Positions 36,601-51,411 of a stretch of DNA of 64,000 nucleotides are shown here, one piece after another (position 1 is the first letter of the stretch; each line of letters starts with the position of its first letter). The notes under the pieces were generated by a model, which searched no databases, was not told the origin of the DNA, and was given only the letters and a program-made list of their open reading frames with translations. Origin of the DNA: Pocillopora damicornis (lineage: Eukaryota); assembly GCF_003704095.1 (NCBI RefSeq), contig NW_020847499.1:310001-374000 (forward strand). The letters run 5' to 3'. A program made the position numbers and the translations under genes.

Positions 36601-38010
36601 TCATAATAACCGTTTTTTCACCTCAGTAAAGAAAAAGGTAGTGAACCGCCAAAGATTCTTAGATATTGTAGATTGAAGAGTTCTCACCGGCATCGTCCAT
36701 TTTGTACAACTCAGATTGTTTACAATAGGTGTATAAAACATCGATTGTTGAGTCCGATCGGAATATAGTCAGAAATTTCGAAATCTTTCAATCAGTTCTA
36801 TTTGTCCTCTCTTTAACCATATGTTTTGCGGTAGATGGTTCAAGGGATCTTACATTTTTTCCTTCCACCACAAAAATCTCTAAAAAACTCCTCCCTCCAA
36901 ATGATAACATTTCAGAAGAGAATTTTATTGTCGGACTCAAGGACATTATTATTAATAAGCGCTCAAAGTTCATACGGCGCCAATAAAATTACTGCCTCTG
37001 TAAAAAAATCGCTGATTCAGTGCTTAAATCATTTCTGTACAATTTCATTATACATGTAGCTCAGTATAACCATCTCCCAAATACCTTTTAGATTGATGCT
37101 GAAAAAATTATGAGATATCTTACCACATATTGTCAAGTATCTTGTCGACTGATGTTAAAAAAAACTATGAGATATCTATCTATCAGATATTGAAAAAAAT
37201 GTTCTGAGTTTAATTGTAAGATTTTAAAAGTTATCGTCAAATAGATTCAACAAACTAATATCTGCGCAAACGGTAGGACCGTCTTGTTTAGACATAACTA
37301 TTACTTGGCACATTTACTTGGCGAATCAGATATGTTGTGTTTATCAGCTGTACTGATGATATATAGTCTATTGATAAGATACGGCGCGAGATAATGAAAC
37401 CGCGATCGAATGATAGAAGATAACCATTGGAGGTATTTATGTAGGAAAATTATCCACGGCATATACAAGCGGCAACTTACATAAGACGTGAACTCATCGG
37501 TTCATTCCCATTTTTATAAGCCACGGCTTATACAAGACGAGGGTTTTTGTAAGCTGCGGATTATTTCCCTCCTATTAACGAGCCTATTGATTCTTTGCTT
37601 CATTCTTTTTTCTTCATTAGAAAACCAGAAAAGAAAATCACCTGACAAAGAATGTTAGGATCTCGAACAGTGTAAATCTGAAGGATGGAAGAAAAAACCA
37701 TTTTCGACTGTAAAACCATTGAAAATTGAAGTTTATTTTAAAAAAGTTCTAGAATGCACTTACTATCATTTTACCTGCGTAATAACCCCCCTGGGATGTT
37801 GGGGGAACACGAGAAAAGTCTGTAAATCACTCGCCTCCGGGTCGTGAATCACAAACTCTTCTCTTGTTCTTCCAACTTTCAGCGTGGGTTATTAAGCAGG
37901 TAATTGATAGAAGTGAGGTCTGTTCCTGAAATAACTCTTGAATGATAACCACGATTCTTTATGCTTCATCAGATTCCAGCCATGCTGATTAACACACAAC
38001 CTGACTTCAC

Positions 38011-38208
38011 TGACCCTTTACACCACACCAACAGTATTTATATATTCCATAATGATCCCCATAAATTTCCAAAAGTGCTGACAAAGAGACTTTTTTAACG
38101 ATCAAGCGCCTTCTAGTTGATGATCAATTCCCTTCTTTAATGTGTGATGTGGAGGTGATAATGTAGGAGAAGTTATATGCCAATCACTCTTAGAGGTTAA
38201 ACAGTTAA
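38011..38208. mobile_element. Degenerate MITE of the same family as 19171-19377
   Basis: TGACCCTTTAC...GTAGGA.AA.TTATATGC..ATCACT...GGTTAAA shared with the 19.2 kb copy. Confidence 0.5.
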
Positions 38209-38764
38209 TAGTTTCAGTAATAAAGCAAGTAGAACCTTCCTTAAAATTTAAATTCATGAATGTCAAATTGACTTTTAAAATGCAAAAAAGATAGACTGGA
38301 TAAAGTGTGCAACATAGTTACTGATGTGATCAAAATCAAATTGCATAACAGTCAAAATGCAATTAGATTTCCATTAAATCAAAACCAAATTTTCTAGGCG
38401 GATACTATTTGCAGTATACCTTTATGTATTTTTTGAGTCCCTTTTGTTTTGTGGTTGTAAAATCTTTATCAACCAATAGATTTCAACTAATAGTTGAGAT
38501 GGGCTGAGATGTTAATAACCATAACCCTAAACCTTAAGCAAATATTTGTAAACATGAAGAACAAAAGGTAAAGTAACGGTTAACCAAGCCGGCGCTTTTT
38601 GAAGCTGCGAGATAGAATCGATGCAAGATTATCCGTATTTTGCACAGTTGTCAGTTTCACTCGATGACGGCATTGTCCTGTGCACCTCACAGAGTGTTGG
38701 CGTGATAAAAAAAAGTGGAAAAATTTTAATATAGTGGAGAACCAAATTCATCTAGTGGTTAATT

Positions 38765-39200
38765 AGCTAGTTCGTCCTCTTCGCGCGTCTATGCACGTAA
38801 GCCTCGATCAAAGAACGCCATATGATTTTTCTCGGTTGCCAGTTGGTAAAGCTGTTTTCTTGTCTAACCTTCATCCCTTATTTTCTTTTCTATGGTTCTC
38901 CTCCAGGTTTCCTTGGAGTAGTCTCTCTTTCGTCGGCTGTCGGGAGTCCATTGATGGGCGATTGTGGGCGGGGCTGCTGGTGGCATTCGCAGCACGCTGC
39001 CTGCGATCCATCTCCATCTTCCTTTCTAGAACTGCTGGTTCTTCTGTGCAGCTCATTGTTGGAGATTATGTCAGGGCAAAAACAAGGGGAAATTTCTTTG
39101 ACATCCATCTTAATGTCCTTGGTCCTCTCGGAATTGACATTGAGGTCTAAGCGCACTGCTGTTGTTGCTAATGCATGCGTCTTTGCCTGCATGTCTTTGT
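38765..39200 (-). mobile_element. Decayed non-LTR retrotransposon (RTE-like LINE): 3' end of the RT ORF with frameshifts and stops
   Basis: Stitched minus-strand frames read PDIISNNELHRRT / GRWRWIAGSVLRMPPAAPPTIAHQWTPDSRRKRDYSKETWRRTIEKK / WRSLIEAYV. This matches the RTE-type C-terminal pattern ISNEEL..R, RWRWIGHVLR, WTP.G.R.RGRPK.TWRR, WR.LV.A. Confidence 0.75.
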
Positions 39201-42200
39201 GTCGGCGTGGCAGTAGAGCATTGTCTTACAATCCTTTTCGTCTGTCGTTGGTGGTAGCCATTAGTGTTGATATACCAAGGCAATCCCATCTAATCTAAAC
39301 TTTCTATTCATGTTAATTCTCTGTTTTTGCTCCAATCAACTTTCTCCTTTTATTGCCATGACGTTTCAAAATATCTGGAATTGATTCAGGATGCCACACA
39401 GGTGACGTATGATAAATAAAGGTGTGCAACTTGCCTAAAAAAAGTGATTCTAGTAATATTGTTTTCTGTGGATTTTAAGCAGGCGGTATTTTACAACTTG
39501 GGCATCCGGCCGAGGGCTGATCATGAATAAAATCAGCCCAACATGTCATGCAATAATTCGTCGTGCGAGCTCCGATATTTTTCATTCTAAATTGCCGATA
39601 TTGTCCATTCTAAATTGCAAACGAATTTGAAACCTTTAATTTTGTGTCGACTCCGAGAGGAGACTGGGCGAATTGTTATGAACTGTTCAGTGTTTCTTTC
39701 TAGTCTACATCGTTCTTAATATCGCTTAACAACATATTTGATGTTGATTCAATAAAATGTTCGAGATTCTGTTCGCAAAGCCAAAATAATATCGCATAGA
39801 TAAGCAAAGTAAGTCGTATCGCACAGGTTTTGTACCAGAAGCACAACATTATTCATTCAGGAAAAAAAAAGAAAAGAACGCCAGGTGCATTTGTGCTTTA
39901 AGATAAAAGGCAGATGTATTTTCATCATGCAGTGGGTGAGGAAATTATTCAAATATGCTACCAGTTGGCTTTAATTCCCTGGTTTTAAGTAACTTCCTAC
40001 GTTTTCAATGTACTGGTTTGAGTGACCAAAAAAAATCGGATCACTCATGCTCTGAAATATCTATAAATCAACATTTTCTCTTAAATTTCAACAAAATATA
40101 CGCAAAGATGGGGTGGGAAAAACTGAAATATGTTGACCACCTTTGTATTGAAATATTACGAACAACACACTGTTTTCAACAGATCTAGTGACTTGCCGCT
40201 TTTTTTCTGTAAAGAAAGTATAGTCCACTCTTTTTCGAAGATATGTAATAAATTTTGGATATGTCAATAGGCTCTTTTAACGATTTTAAAGGTTTTATCG
40301 TTTGTTTTTTTAAGTATCCAAATCATTCAGCTTCCTCTCAAAAAAGAAAAAATGAACTGTGAAAATTTGTGTTCCCTGAAGGTTGGGAATTCGGCAACTC
40401 GAAGACAATCTGTTCAACTTCCTTTAAGTTACTTCAGATTTAAAAAAGAAACGTTTTTTATATTTGAATTTTTACCTTCTTATCGCTGGTAGGTTGGTAT
40501 TTTTGCAACGATGTAAAATGTTTTCATTCCACTCTTCGGCTTACTCAAACCCAAATTACGGGAACATCTTTCCTTGTTTTGGTTTATATGTGTATTTAGA
40601 TTAGTGGGGTGCTTTAGAGCAACGAATAAGAGTTTGCCAAGAATGGGTGGTGTGAATTTTGTGAATCACCCTTCACGGACGGTATAATAAATTACGTTAA
40701 CTCCAAATAGCAGCTGTTGCATATTAACTCGCTTTTTAATTCGTCTTTAGATCTGAAACCAGTCAAAATACGTAATGTTAAGGAAATTCGTTTTCTTCCG
40801 TTTCAAGTAGTTCACAGTTTTCGAGATCTTATACCACAAACCGAGAGAAACTTGAATAAACTCTCAGACAGACTTAGTAGGGGGTTGAAACTCCATGTAG
40901 TTTCGACATCTCTATGAGTTAAAACCACAATTTAATGCTTGATCGCTTTTTATATGGCAAATTAAACGAATTACTTTTCCAAATAAATGCATTTTCAAAA
41001 GATTCCAGTAGGGTTAGAAAGTCTTTTTATTTCGTACATAAACGACTGAACATATGGAAAACAAAAGATTATCTCGTGCGTAAAGAAACGTTTTTGGCAA
41101 ACTTCCAACCTGAATAGATATTAGCAGGAATTATAAAATAGCGCGCGCGTTTGGCCCGTCTAATTATTAAGCTATCATGGTCAAAATCGTTAGAGGGGCA
41201 AGACCTGCGTCAATATGATGACGTGGGTACTCGCACGTTTCGGCAAAGTTTACAGTTTAGTCGCGAGTCTCGAGACTTTGAAGATGCGTTTCCGCCCCAT
41301 ATCGATTGAGATAGACCCTTTGGAGCTCAAAATGAAAGTGAATATGCTAAATAAGAAGCGATTCGGAAAACAATGGACGGTTAGCTCTTGATAGCGACGA
41401 AATTAGCTTTGGAGTTAAAAGGTTTTTCGATTTCCAAACGCATAGTGCGTAATGGCTGGAAAATGAAAACTGAACTTGCCGACTTCAAGTGAGGCTTTTG
41501 AAAGATTGAACTCGTCTTTGGAACGGTAAATATCTTTTAAAGTGTCGATATTTCCTTAAAGTATTTTCCAATGGAAGATTTCATGTCAAAATCTTAAAAT
41601 TTTCAATACAGTACGACCCAGTTTTCTGGTCGTGAAGTCTAGTAAACAACGATTCAAGCATAGTGACTCTGCTACGCAGGTCTTGTACGCGAAAGAAATT
41701 CATATGTACTTCGCTTCTAAACAACAACTTTGGGTCCCTTAGCAGTTCTCTGAAAAAAGCTTTGGTCTCGAAATAATTCTTGGTCATCTTTGCCTATCTG
41801 TTATTCATAGTTTATCGGGTAGCAAGCGATAATCAAGTGAGCCTGACAAAAATGCTGAAAAACAGTTATTTTTTTTTCTTGCACAGAATTTGACTGCGAT
41901 GCTATAACTCAAATGGTTCATGGCTTTAGCTGTGCGCATCAATGTAGTTTGAATATGTGGGGAGCAGAAGCAGGTTGCTCTCGGCCGCGCCTTCAGCATC
42001 TCTTCCGTTTCTCTCGTGCTTTTCAAACTTTCAGCGTACTTTTATACCTCAATATACTCAATATCGTTTATTTTTTTAAATAGACATTGGCATTTTATTG
42101 CATTATGCACGTAGCCACTTATTTCGTCCCAAAAATTGTTCATTATGCAATGACGAGTGGGTTTTCTTTCCTCGAGAGAATGTTTGATTATCAGCATAGT

Positions 42201-45200
42201 TCACGAGTGCCGACGTTGAGAGAACTGTGATTCCATCTTTCATATAGTTTTAATAATCAACAAAAAGATTCTGACTAGATAAAGGTAAATGTGTTCCTTT
42301 GTGTCCGTCCAAATTAAAGATAGACGCTCTTCTTTAATGAATTCCAGATCTTCATTTGTAACGTATCCTAGAGATTACGCCTTTCAGTTTTGCTGAAAGC
42401 CTCTTCAGTGCATAAATTCATATCAAGAGCGTTATTATTAGTTCAGTCTGCTACCAAGATATCCTATACATCAGTGCACAGCATGTCAGCGTCGATTGGA
42501 CTGAACTTAATGCAAAATTGATTTTAGTTTTGGCAAGTTTGACCTCAGCATTGCTTCTGTCGAAACGATCTCAAAGAATAAATTCCCACACGCTGTGCAT
42601 CAATTCTCTCATTTTTTACATTCACTCCACGGAGTTGGAATCTCTAATAAGTTTTGTGCAACATTACTTAGCTATAGATCATCTAGATTCTCAGTTTATT
42701 AGCTGTTTAGGCCCTCAAGTCTTTTTAACTGGAATGATGAAGCCATAACTACTTTAAGCTTTCCTAAGTCTTGAATAGAAATTAGAGCGAGCATTTCCTT
42801 GAATCAAGCCTTCTTGGCTTCTTCTTATCCAAACAAGACTTAGTAAAGATACGAAGATCCAGTTTCCGGCTTAACTTTCCGATGCTTCGTTATTGCCTTG
42901 TTAAAAATTAATTTTATTTTTATCTATTTCTGCAGAAGACTGTATGGAAGTCCAAGTCTTTTCCACTCCCTTTTGAAACAGGCTTTAAATGTCCCGCTTA
43001 TGAAAAAATCCTTTTCACAGTCTAAAATGCCTTTCAATTGTCTCAAATTGTAAAGATATGAAGGAAAGCTGAGAAGTTTTAAAGGAGGCAAAGCAATATT
43101 CCTTTTATTTTAAGTTAATTAACAAAGTCTTTATATTTACTCGAGACATCCCTGAGCTACGCAGGAAGTCATAGTCACTAAGTAAATTACCCGAGCAAAA
43201 ATAGATGTTGTGAATTAGGAGCTAAAATTATCCCTTTCTTTTACAATTAGATGGATCCCAAGCCTATCATAAAATTTACCTGACGCAGGCGTTTGCTTAA
43301 TTGTGCTAATGAAGTCTTCTTGGGGGCGCATTTGTGCCAAATATTTGGTTTACCATCAGGTGGTTTTGGAACATCTTAAAATCGACTCCTGTGGAGGCCC
43401 TACAAAAGTTAAAGTATTTGAAAAACATGAAGGTTTTTTTTATGAGAGTTTAGTCATGTGCGGGGATATTGCCCGCAAGACCGTAGCTAAGCAGATTTAT
43501 CAAATAGTATTTGAAAATTATTTCAGAGTGAATTAAAAAAAAAAAAGCATTAATCACTGATATATCGAATGAAGATGAAGGATCTCTACGCGCACCCATT
43601 AGCGAAGGAAGGATCGATCCAAACGCACTTATGAAAGCCAATTCTACTTTTTGTTACAGGTAAAATCAACTTAAGAAGGATTTTACCTTTACATTGGGGA
43701 GAGTTTATTGTGCGGAAGATAATGTTGGAACCGCAGGTTTAAGAATTCCGATTTTCAAAGACGATCAATTTATTTACATCTCCACCGACACAGCGGAGGA
43801 ATTTGGGATTTGAATTCTCACAAGATATGCTTTATCCTGCAGAGCTTTCTTCTAAAGTTCTAAAACAATTTTTTGATCAATCAATAGACTTAGCTAGTGT
43901 GTAAGGAATTGCTACGCAGCTTTTTGTTTAGGGTATAGTTTAGGATGACAACGTCTTCCATTCTGCTTTAGTTTTGCGTCGCTTCCACAGGTCATTTTGT
44001 TTAGCAGGGCTGGATAGCTTAATTATTTAGCGCAAGAAAAGAACTAGCACATTGCAGTGTCTGAACAGAAATGCCTTATGGTAACAAGAAGAGGATGATT
44101 ACATTAACGGAAGAATTAGCTTTTGGTAGCGATGTTTTTTAAGCCTCGTCGTTCATCGCTGACCCTCTGACACACTCTCTTGCACTCTAAATCATTGCAA
44201 GCTTTTAAATAAAACTGATCTTTTGTTTTTGTGTGTTTCTCCATCATTCTTATTTGTTTACATATTTACCTATTCCTTTTTGAAGCACGTGGTGTTCGTT
44301 TGTCCATCCTAAATGCTCCCCCGCTTTAAATTTTACATGTACCTTGAGGTGACGGTAACAAAATGCTTAGTTTCGATTGCGCTTAAATCCGAAACTCAGT
44401 TTAAAAAATGCCTACTATTTGCATTACCACAAAACCTCAAGACAGTTCTCGTGACAGTTGGTTTATTTCTGACAGCCAAATGCGTTAAAAGTAGATTTTT
44501 ATCAGAGAGAAGGAGAAGAAAGTGAACTTTTGCACCTGGGACGCGTCCTAACGTAGCTGTCAAACCTGTTACTATGGTGAGGTTAGAAAAACACTTACTC
44601 GCCTGACTCGCCCCAAAAGAGCGCCTCTTTCATCGACATAGATCGAGAGAGTGTTGAAAGTACACTGAAATATCTCTTGAAAGCAGTCACGAAAACGATG
44701 CAGAAGTTATGGAAAGGTTTATCTGAACAAAATTAGCTTGAAATGAGAATAGACTTCGCATGGACGACTGTAGAGAGCCGTAGAGACCATTAAAAAGACT
44801 TGTAATTGCAACGGAAATGAAATTGGAGTTGTTTTCATAAATTTAACTCGTAAAAAAAAAAATTCACTTCTTTGGGAATTAGAATTGAAGTAGCAATTTA
44901 ATATTTTGATCCTAATCTCCACACGTGATATTCCCGAGGGAAAATTTGCGACATCTATATGTTATTATTTCCTCCTTCGGTTAAAATTCCTTGAAATTCC
45001 CTCGCGGCTTTACAAGACAGGTTATACGTAATAAACAGATAGTTGATCACGTTCTTGTCAGCAAAACAATCTGAAAAGTCAACAATTGTTTCCGCTCCGT
45101 TGGTACGCGGATTTCCTTTTCAACCAAGTTTGATTTTTCACGATTACATCTCCCGCATCAAAGAAAAAAAAAAGGCTAACATGATGCATATCTTATAGTG

Positions 45201-46012
45201 TCTGTAAGACTTTAAATTTCAGCCGAATAGTGAAAATATTTTTGAGGTAAAAATTTTTAGGGTTATTCTTTACTTGGGTGGATCAAAAGAACAGGTCGAT
45301 CGTCGCTATACCCTCATACCAGTCCTGAATTGTAGATAATATTTTTTAAAACTGCGTCTATAAAAATAAAGGAAATGAGTGATTGGAATTAGCTGGTAAG
45401 AAAACGTTAAATTCACATCCAAAACATTAAGTTTTGAAACAAAAAGAAACAACTGTATAGTTTTTAAATTATCTCTTAAAGGTCTATGTCCTGTTGTCGA
45501 TGAAATCGGCTTTTATTACCTTAAAAAAATACATAATTCTGCAGTATACTGACAAGTTGCAGCTCATTACCGGAAAGTACCCCCTCTGCAACAGTTAGAT
45601 TATGTTTCTCAAGGTTAAGAAAAAATTCTCAAGTTCCCATGAACTTAAAAAAATCGCTTCCTGAGAGATAAAAATCGAATGATACAAAATCTATTTAGGC
45701 AACGCTGATGTGTTTTCTACGAATTGTGAAATTGTCTTTGGCTTTCGCAGGTATAATTCTATCCAGCTTGCAGTGATTGATTCATAAGAAATATTATCGC
45801 GAGTTCTTAGTACGCTCAGAGAGCCTATTCTGGAATTAGACCCTTTGATGATTAAAACGCAGAGAATTTGTTGGAAGAAACTCGATCCTTGAAATATCCA
45901 AAGCCGATTTAAATGCAAGTGTACGTCTCAAAATTCTCCGAACAGCTGGACTGAGGTATTCTAGTGCCACTGAAAAGTTTTGCCGACCAAACATAGCGCA
46001 CCAATAGTAGTG

Positions 46013-49000
46013 ATGGGTAAGTTTTTTTGTGGTTGATAAACCTCTTTTTATTCACTAACTCCAAGTTTTAGGCTATGATGTACAATGACCGTTTTGCAAA
46101 ATAATTCAGTCTGTGAATTAAGGTATTCCTTGCCATTTTTGACTTTTTTTAACCAAACTTTTGAAGTTTGTTTTACACACAGATTTTTCAAAGAAAGACA
46201 GCCTTTGCAGACTTAGTTATTCGAATCGCTGATGACATAAAGATAAACATTGTTTAAGTGTTTGGCAATAACAGAGTTTATTAAACCGCACAAGCCAGTA
46301 AATTGAAACCTTGAGTGAGACCCCATAATTTTTTCTTTCACCCCGTGCCAAACTAATGTTTCAACAGCTTTCTTTAAGTTTTCTCAGTAGGCGTTAGAAT
46401 GTCCGGATGTATTCAGTAATAAGCGATTTATCCCCTCGCTTCTAGAGGATTCAAGACTTTATGATGAACGACGGAAACTCAAGCCTATTTCACTTTTTAA
46501 TTTATGAGATTTAAAATTGTTCAATTCTTTACAGCACTGCAGTAGTCAAACCGCAGAATTGTAGCAAGGAAGCGAAAGCGATATCATAATAACAGAAAGG
46601 CGCAAAATTATATGCCGCAGGTAAACGAGCTGTTAGCCAACAGATTATAAGTGAGCCGCAGCTGTGAATATAATGAACTGTTGAATCCTCATTCGGCCGT
46701 GAGCGGAACTTCTCAGCCACACACGCGTGGACTCACGCGCGTTATAAACATTTCAATTGTGCTCTGATGAGCGCCTTCTCACTTGCAGAAGACAAAGAGA
46801 ATGATGGTGAAAAGGTGGAAGAAGAAAAGTCTAAGGAACTGAAAATCTGTGCGCAGTGTAACAAAAAGATAGAGGGGAAGTTTTTGCTGCGAGCTTTAGA
46901 CCAGTTCTGGCATGAAGAGTGTTTGAAGTGTTCGTATTGCAATACTCAACTGTCTGATTTAAGCTTCAAGTTTTACATCAAAGGAGATCAAATACTTTGT
47001 AAGCGAGATTACATCAGGTGAGAAGTTTTCTTGTTATAACAACAGTTCTTTTATTTATTCTGCAAGCCGAAATCTGAAGGAAAACTCGTCAAATCTGTTC
47101 GAAAGTAAAACGAGTAAAGCTCAATGACTTCCTGTAATGCTGAAGCGCACGGACTGGATGACTCTGTTAAACTATATTGTGGCACTGAAAACAGGGTTGC
47201 ATCTTCGATGAGATATATTACTTAGCGCTGTAGCTAGGATCAGAAGTTTAAAAATGGCGTAATATCGATGTAGCAAAACTCTTTCCCGCAGGAGAAATAC
47301 GACAGCAAATCCTTTCATTATTTTTACCTGAAAGTAATATTCTTATGACGTTTTATATTTTACATTATGGTATCAATAATTCATAATGTTTATGCTCTGA
47401 TCACGAACACATGATTTAAACTTGAAACATATCGTGGCATTATGTTTTGTCTTGGGAATCTTTCATTTCCGTGCATGGAGGTTAAATCGCGTTGCGAAAC
47501 TGTATTCCACATTAACAGGATTAAAAGATTTCGAGGTTTAAACAACTTTCAAGAACCCCAAAAACCTGTTAACATAAATTAATGAAATTCATCTTTATCC
47601 GGCACTATCCGTCAAGATGCTCGTTAATCCTTACTCAGTTGCCCCTCTGTTTAAAATCGGGGTTATTTTCGTTCGATCTTAACAGAAAATGTACGGTAAT
47701 GAATCCAAAAACGCCTTTACAAGGGAAGTTTGAAGTTTACTCTAGCGGAGACACTTAAAATTAGCGACGACGTCAGTGCGATATTTGTGTTCTCTCGTCA
47801 GAGAGATGAGAGGACTGAATAATTTATGGTTTTAGCTCTAAGATTTGAAGAAATATGAAATGAGGTTTCTTGTGGGAGGATATGCGGTTTCAAAAACAAT
47901 CACGGAATATTTTATGCTATAGTTCTTTAACTTGAAGTAATTTTTTGTGATAAAATTCGTATATAACACGAAAATGGGTCCTGGATTACCTTGATGTAGA
48001 CAAAAATCCCCCCCAAAAATTGTTGATTTTATATGTGTTCTCTTAAAACTCAGCCAGATTTGATACATACTCAGAACCTGTGGTTTTCCTGCCACCAATG
48101 AACTTCTGTTAAGCTACTGAAAAGTTCAATGCTTAATATATATAATGTCAAGGAAACTAGAAGGCTCAAAATCTAAACAAGAGCAGTGACGAGACTGAGT
48201 ACATGATGAACAAAAACCCACAACCTACGGAAAAATCGACCCCATCTGAAGGATGTATCTAGTAACTACATTTCTTTGTTTCATTCAAGAATAAAGGCAA
48301 CTAAAATCGTAAAAACATGTTCTTTAGTTTTTGTATTGTGTGTTTCTGAATACATTGAACAGTTTGTTTTCGCGTGACTAGCCGCACGTTGCCCGGCTAA
48401 GGAAAGTTTGATTATCAAGTTTATGATAAACTTGCAAAACAGTTAAGAAAGTACTTTAAAGGTGCAAAAGATTTAGCATGTAATAAATTATTTTCGTAAA
48501 AAAAAGTTCGTGCATGGCTGGTATAACGAGGTGTTTTGTCCTGACCAAGAGTCCCATTCGAGGCCCTTCCGAGTTTTCTAGCAAAGTTTTCTGGCATCGC
48601 GTTCTAAGTCCCTACCTCAAACTTCATGATGTTTTGAGTCTGGTCTTCCATTCCACATGGATTTCCAACCGCACATTCACGAGTTTAACATGACATACAC
48701 AGAAACAAAATGTCAAATACTCGCAAAAAAATAGTTCGTGTTCTGAATGATGCGGCGTCGCGCTAGCAACGAATTATTTTCAACGGGTATCTGACGGTGT
48801 CATATGCGGTATGATTTGCAACTGATCAATTTGTTTCCTTTCCGTGGCATGCTTGTTCCTTGTTCCTTGATTTTCTTCCTTGAATATTATTCTTTTGAGA
48901 TGTACTTCCATAAACGAATATTCTTTAAAATCTTATCTAGAATCTGAACAACTCAAGGCTGAAACTGAGAACTTTAAAAGTGGTGATGCAGAAAATAGAA

Positions 49001-51411
49001 TGAGTTGTTGAGTAAGTTTCGGTGCCTTGACAACTTCTCGGCTTGAGACTGTTTCTTGATCGCTTCACGCGAATTTTTATACTGAGTATTCCTGAGAGGC
49101 TCAGACAATATAAATAACTTAATGTAACTTCTAATAAAAAAGGCCCTGTGTCAAAATTTGCATCTTCTTCTCAATCTACATCTCACCGAGCAAGCTGACG
49201 AACCAGATCAGTCACTTTTTTTATCCATGGCGGCGTTGCCTTTTTCCTTCTACATTCCATGAGAATATTTTATACAATTTAGGAACTGAAGAATCTGGCA
49301 GCCGTTGGTTTTATAACATATAGAAGGTTATTCTATTTATGACTGGATCGATCTCACAGGCCAGTTCAGACTATTGATAGGCAATTTCAGTTTGCATATC
49401 ATCTGCTCTTCCTATTTTGAGAGGGTAGCCGAAGTGATAGAAAGCTTTTTGCAGTGCTCAATAAAAATTCAGTACTTGGGAAATTCAATCAGCAAAAGTT
49501 CATACTATTTCGTGGCTATCGTGCAATTTCGTGGTTTTATTGAATAAACAGTAAAGACTTCATTAATTACGTTTTGAAGAGTACAATTAAAGCGACTTCC
49601 GTTCCTAAGGACTTAAAGACTATCCTAACAGTAACAGCAATGAGACTAAAGTGAAACATCACTGAATTCACATTTAATGCTGGAGGAGAGATCTTGCAGC
49701 GTCAGAAACGTTTAAAACATCAAACTACAGGCGAAATTCTTAGAGGAATTGAAAGGAATTTTCCGGCCACGGTTTTCTTGGCGTCGTCGTAACTACATCC
49801 TAAATCACATAATAGCGATTACAGAAACGCATATCAGTAAAATTTCAAATGAAGACACTCTTATTTCCTGCAATTCCATGCTCACGTCGCATATTTCAGT
49901 GTCCAAAAATTGTTTGTACAATGGATTGCTAAAATAGCTAATACTGAGTGACCCTGTGCTAAAATGTTAGAGATTAGTGTTTTCTGAGGTCATCTCTTGA
50001 AAGTTCGCGTTCTATATGGAATGTTGACGGTCGAGACTCCGCAACTTTCATCAGAACTGGAAAAAAAAACATAGTGCAGTGAGCCAAAATTTGATTTTTT
50101 TTTCTCAATCAGAGTTCCCCTCTTTCTTCGCCTTGACTCGGTTAAAGTGTCAACGCACAAATTATTTACAGCTTGATACTAAACAAAATACTTGAAAACT
50201 CCTCGTAGATGTTAATCCTAGAATCTTTTTAATCTTATTTCAAGCAGACAGAGCCGGGTTAGGTTCGGTCGGTTCTTAACATCGGCGCTTTGATTGACAA
50301 TTAGTTTTATTGTTTCATCGCAACGACTTTTGACCCGTAATAAGACTAAAGAAATTGAAAATCTGAGAGAAAGAGACAGGAATGAGAAAATAACAAAACA
50401 ACGCGTAAGATAATAAATTATGGTAGCTTTCTGAGTGCTCTTCAAAATTTTCAAGTGCAGAATAATGCGATAATAGACAGCTGAATACACGAAACAATTG
50501 TGCTAACTAAACTAAGGTTTTAACACGACAAGAAGAGCTGACAAATCTTATTCTCTCTCGCTGGTATGCCGTCGTCTAGGTTGACATTCATCTTGTTTTA
50601 ATGTTAAATTTAGTTGTAATATCTAATTGCCCGAAACTTGAAACAAAAATCTGGCAGATGTTCTTTAGCGACTTCAAGGTTATCAACTACCAGGAGATAA
50701 CTTCAGCTCTGCGCATGTGGATAACTACAGGACAAAAGGAAAAAAAAGTCAAAGCCGAAGGCCTTCCCAGCTGATAAAATGATCCCCACTGTACATGTTA
50801 TAAGCATTGTAATGCCAATTAGCCGTTTTTGTTTTAAAACAATCGTACAGCTCAGCCTTGACCTTAAGCAGAGCTATAATAGATTTTCCCTTCATCGCTT
50901 TGGTGGAGCATGGAGAGCACTTTATTGAAAAGTAAAATATCTGAAATAGTAAATGATATTTCCAAGCCACGTTGGACGCGCAGCTTGTAAAGTGAAATTG
51001 ATTCTTATCCATGTTGTTTTCTATCTTTATCTTTTTTGTTTTGCTGTTTTTTTTGGAGGGGAGGGGTAGGGATGGAGGTTCGTGAAACAATTCACATTTT
51101 TGAAAGAAAGTTCTGCTTCTTTGCCTAGTTTTACCTTATCATAATATTATCACAATATCTTTTGTTTCCTTTTATCTAGGTTGTTTGGAGCCACAGGAAT
51201 TTGCTCTCGATGCTTGAAAATCATTCCACCGCTAGAAATGGTCATGCGGGCTCGTGAACACGTCTATCACTTGGACTGTTTCGCCTGTCACGTGTGTCGT
51301 TATAGATTCTGCGTTGGAGACAGGTTCTACCTTTATTACAACACAATCCGCTGTCAAGATCACTATTATGGCGACAGGGGTTACTTTTATCAGACTCCTT
51401 TCTTTTGGTGA
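46013..51411 (+). CDS. LIM-domain-only protein, LMO1/LMO3 (rhombotin)-like, paralog 1 (154 aa)
   Basis: Exons 46013-46016 (ATG G|GTAAGT), 46789-47017 (LIM1: CAQC..WHEECLKCSYC..LCKRDYIR) and 51180-51411 (LIM2: LFGATGICSRC..EMVMRAREHVYHLDCFAC..RFCVGD). Phases 1 and 2 are consistent. Confidence 0.92.

Noticed and set aside
38791-39298. Overlapping GC-rich ORFs (119, 158, 61 and 100 aa), one with SPCFC and CCEC that looked like another Cys peptide
   Set aside because: A third minus-strand frame carries LINE RT C-terminal motifs (RWRWI..VLR, WTP..RRKR, ETWRR). The ORFs are by-products of a frameshifted retrotransposon remnant.
43569-43660. Possible first coding exon of LMO paralog 1 ending at the donor near 43659
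   Set aside because: The Met-containing frame ends in phase 2 but exon 2 needs phase 1. ATG G|GTAAGT at 46013 fits and mirrors the paralog.
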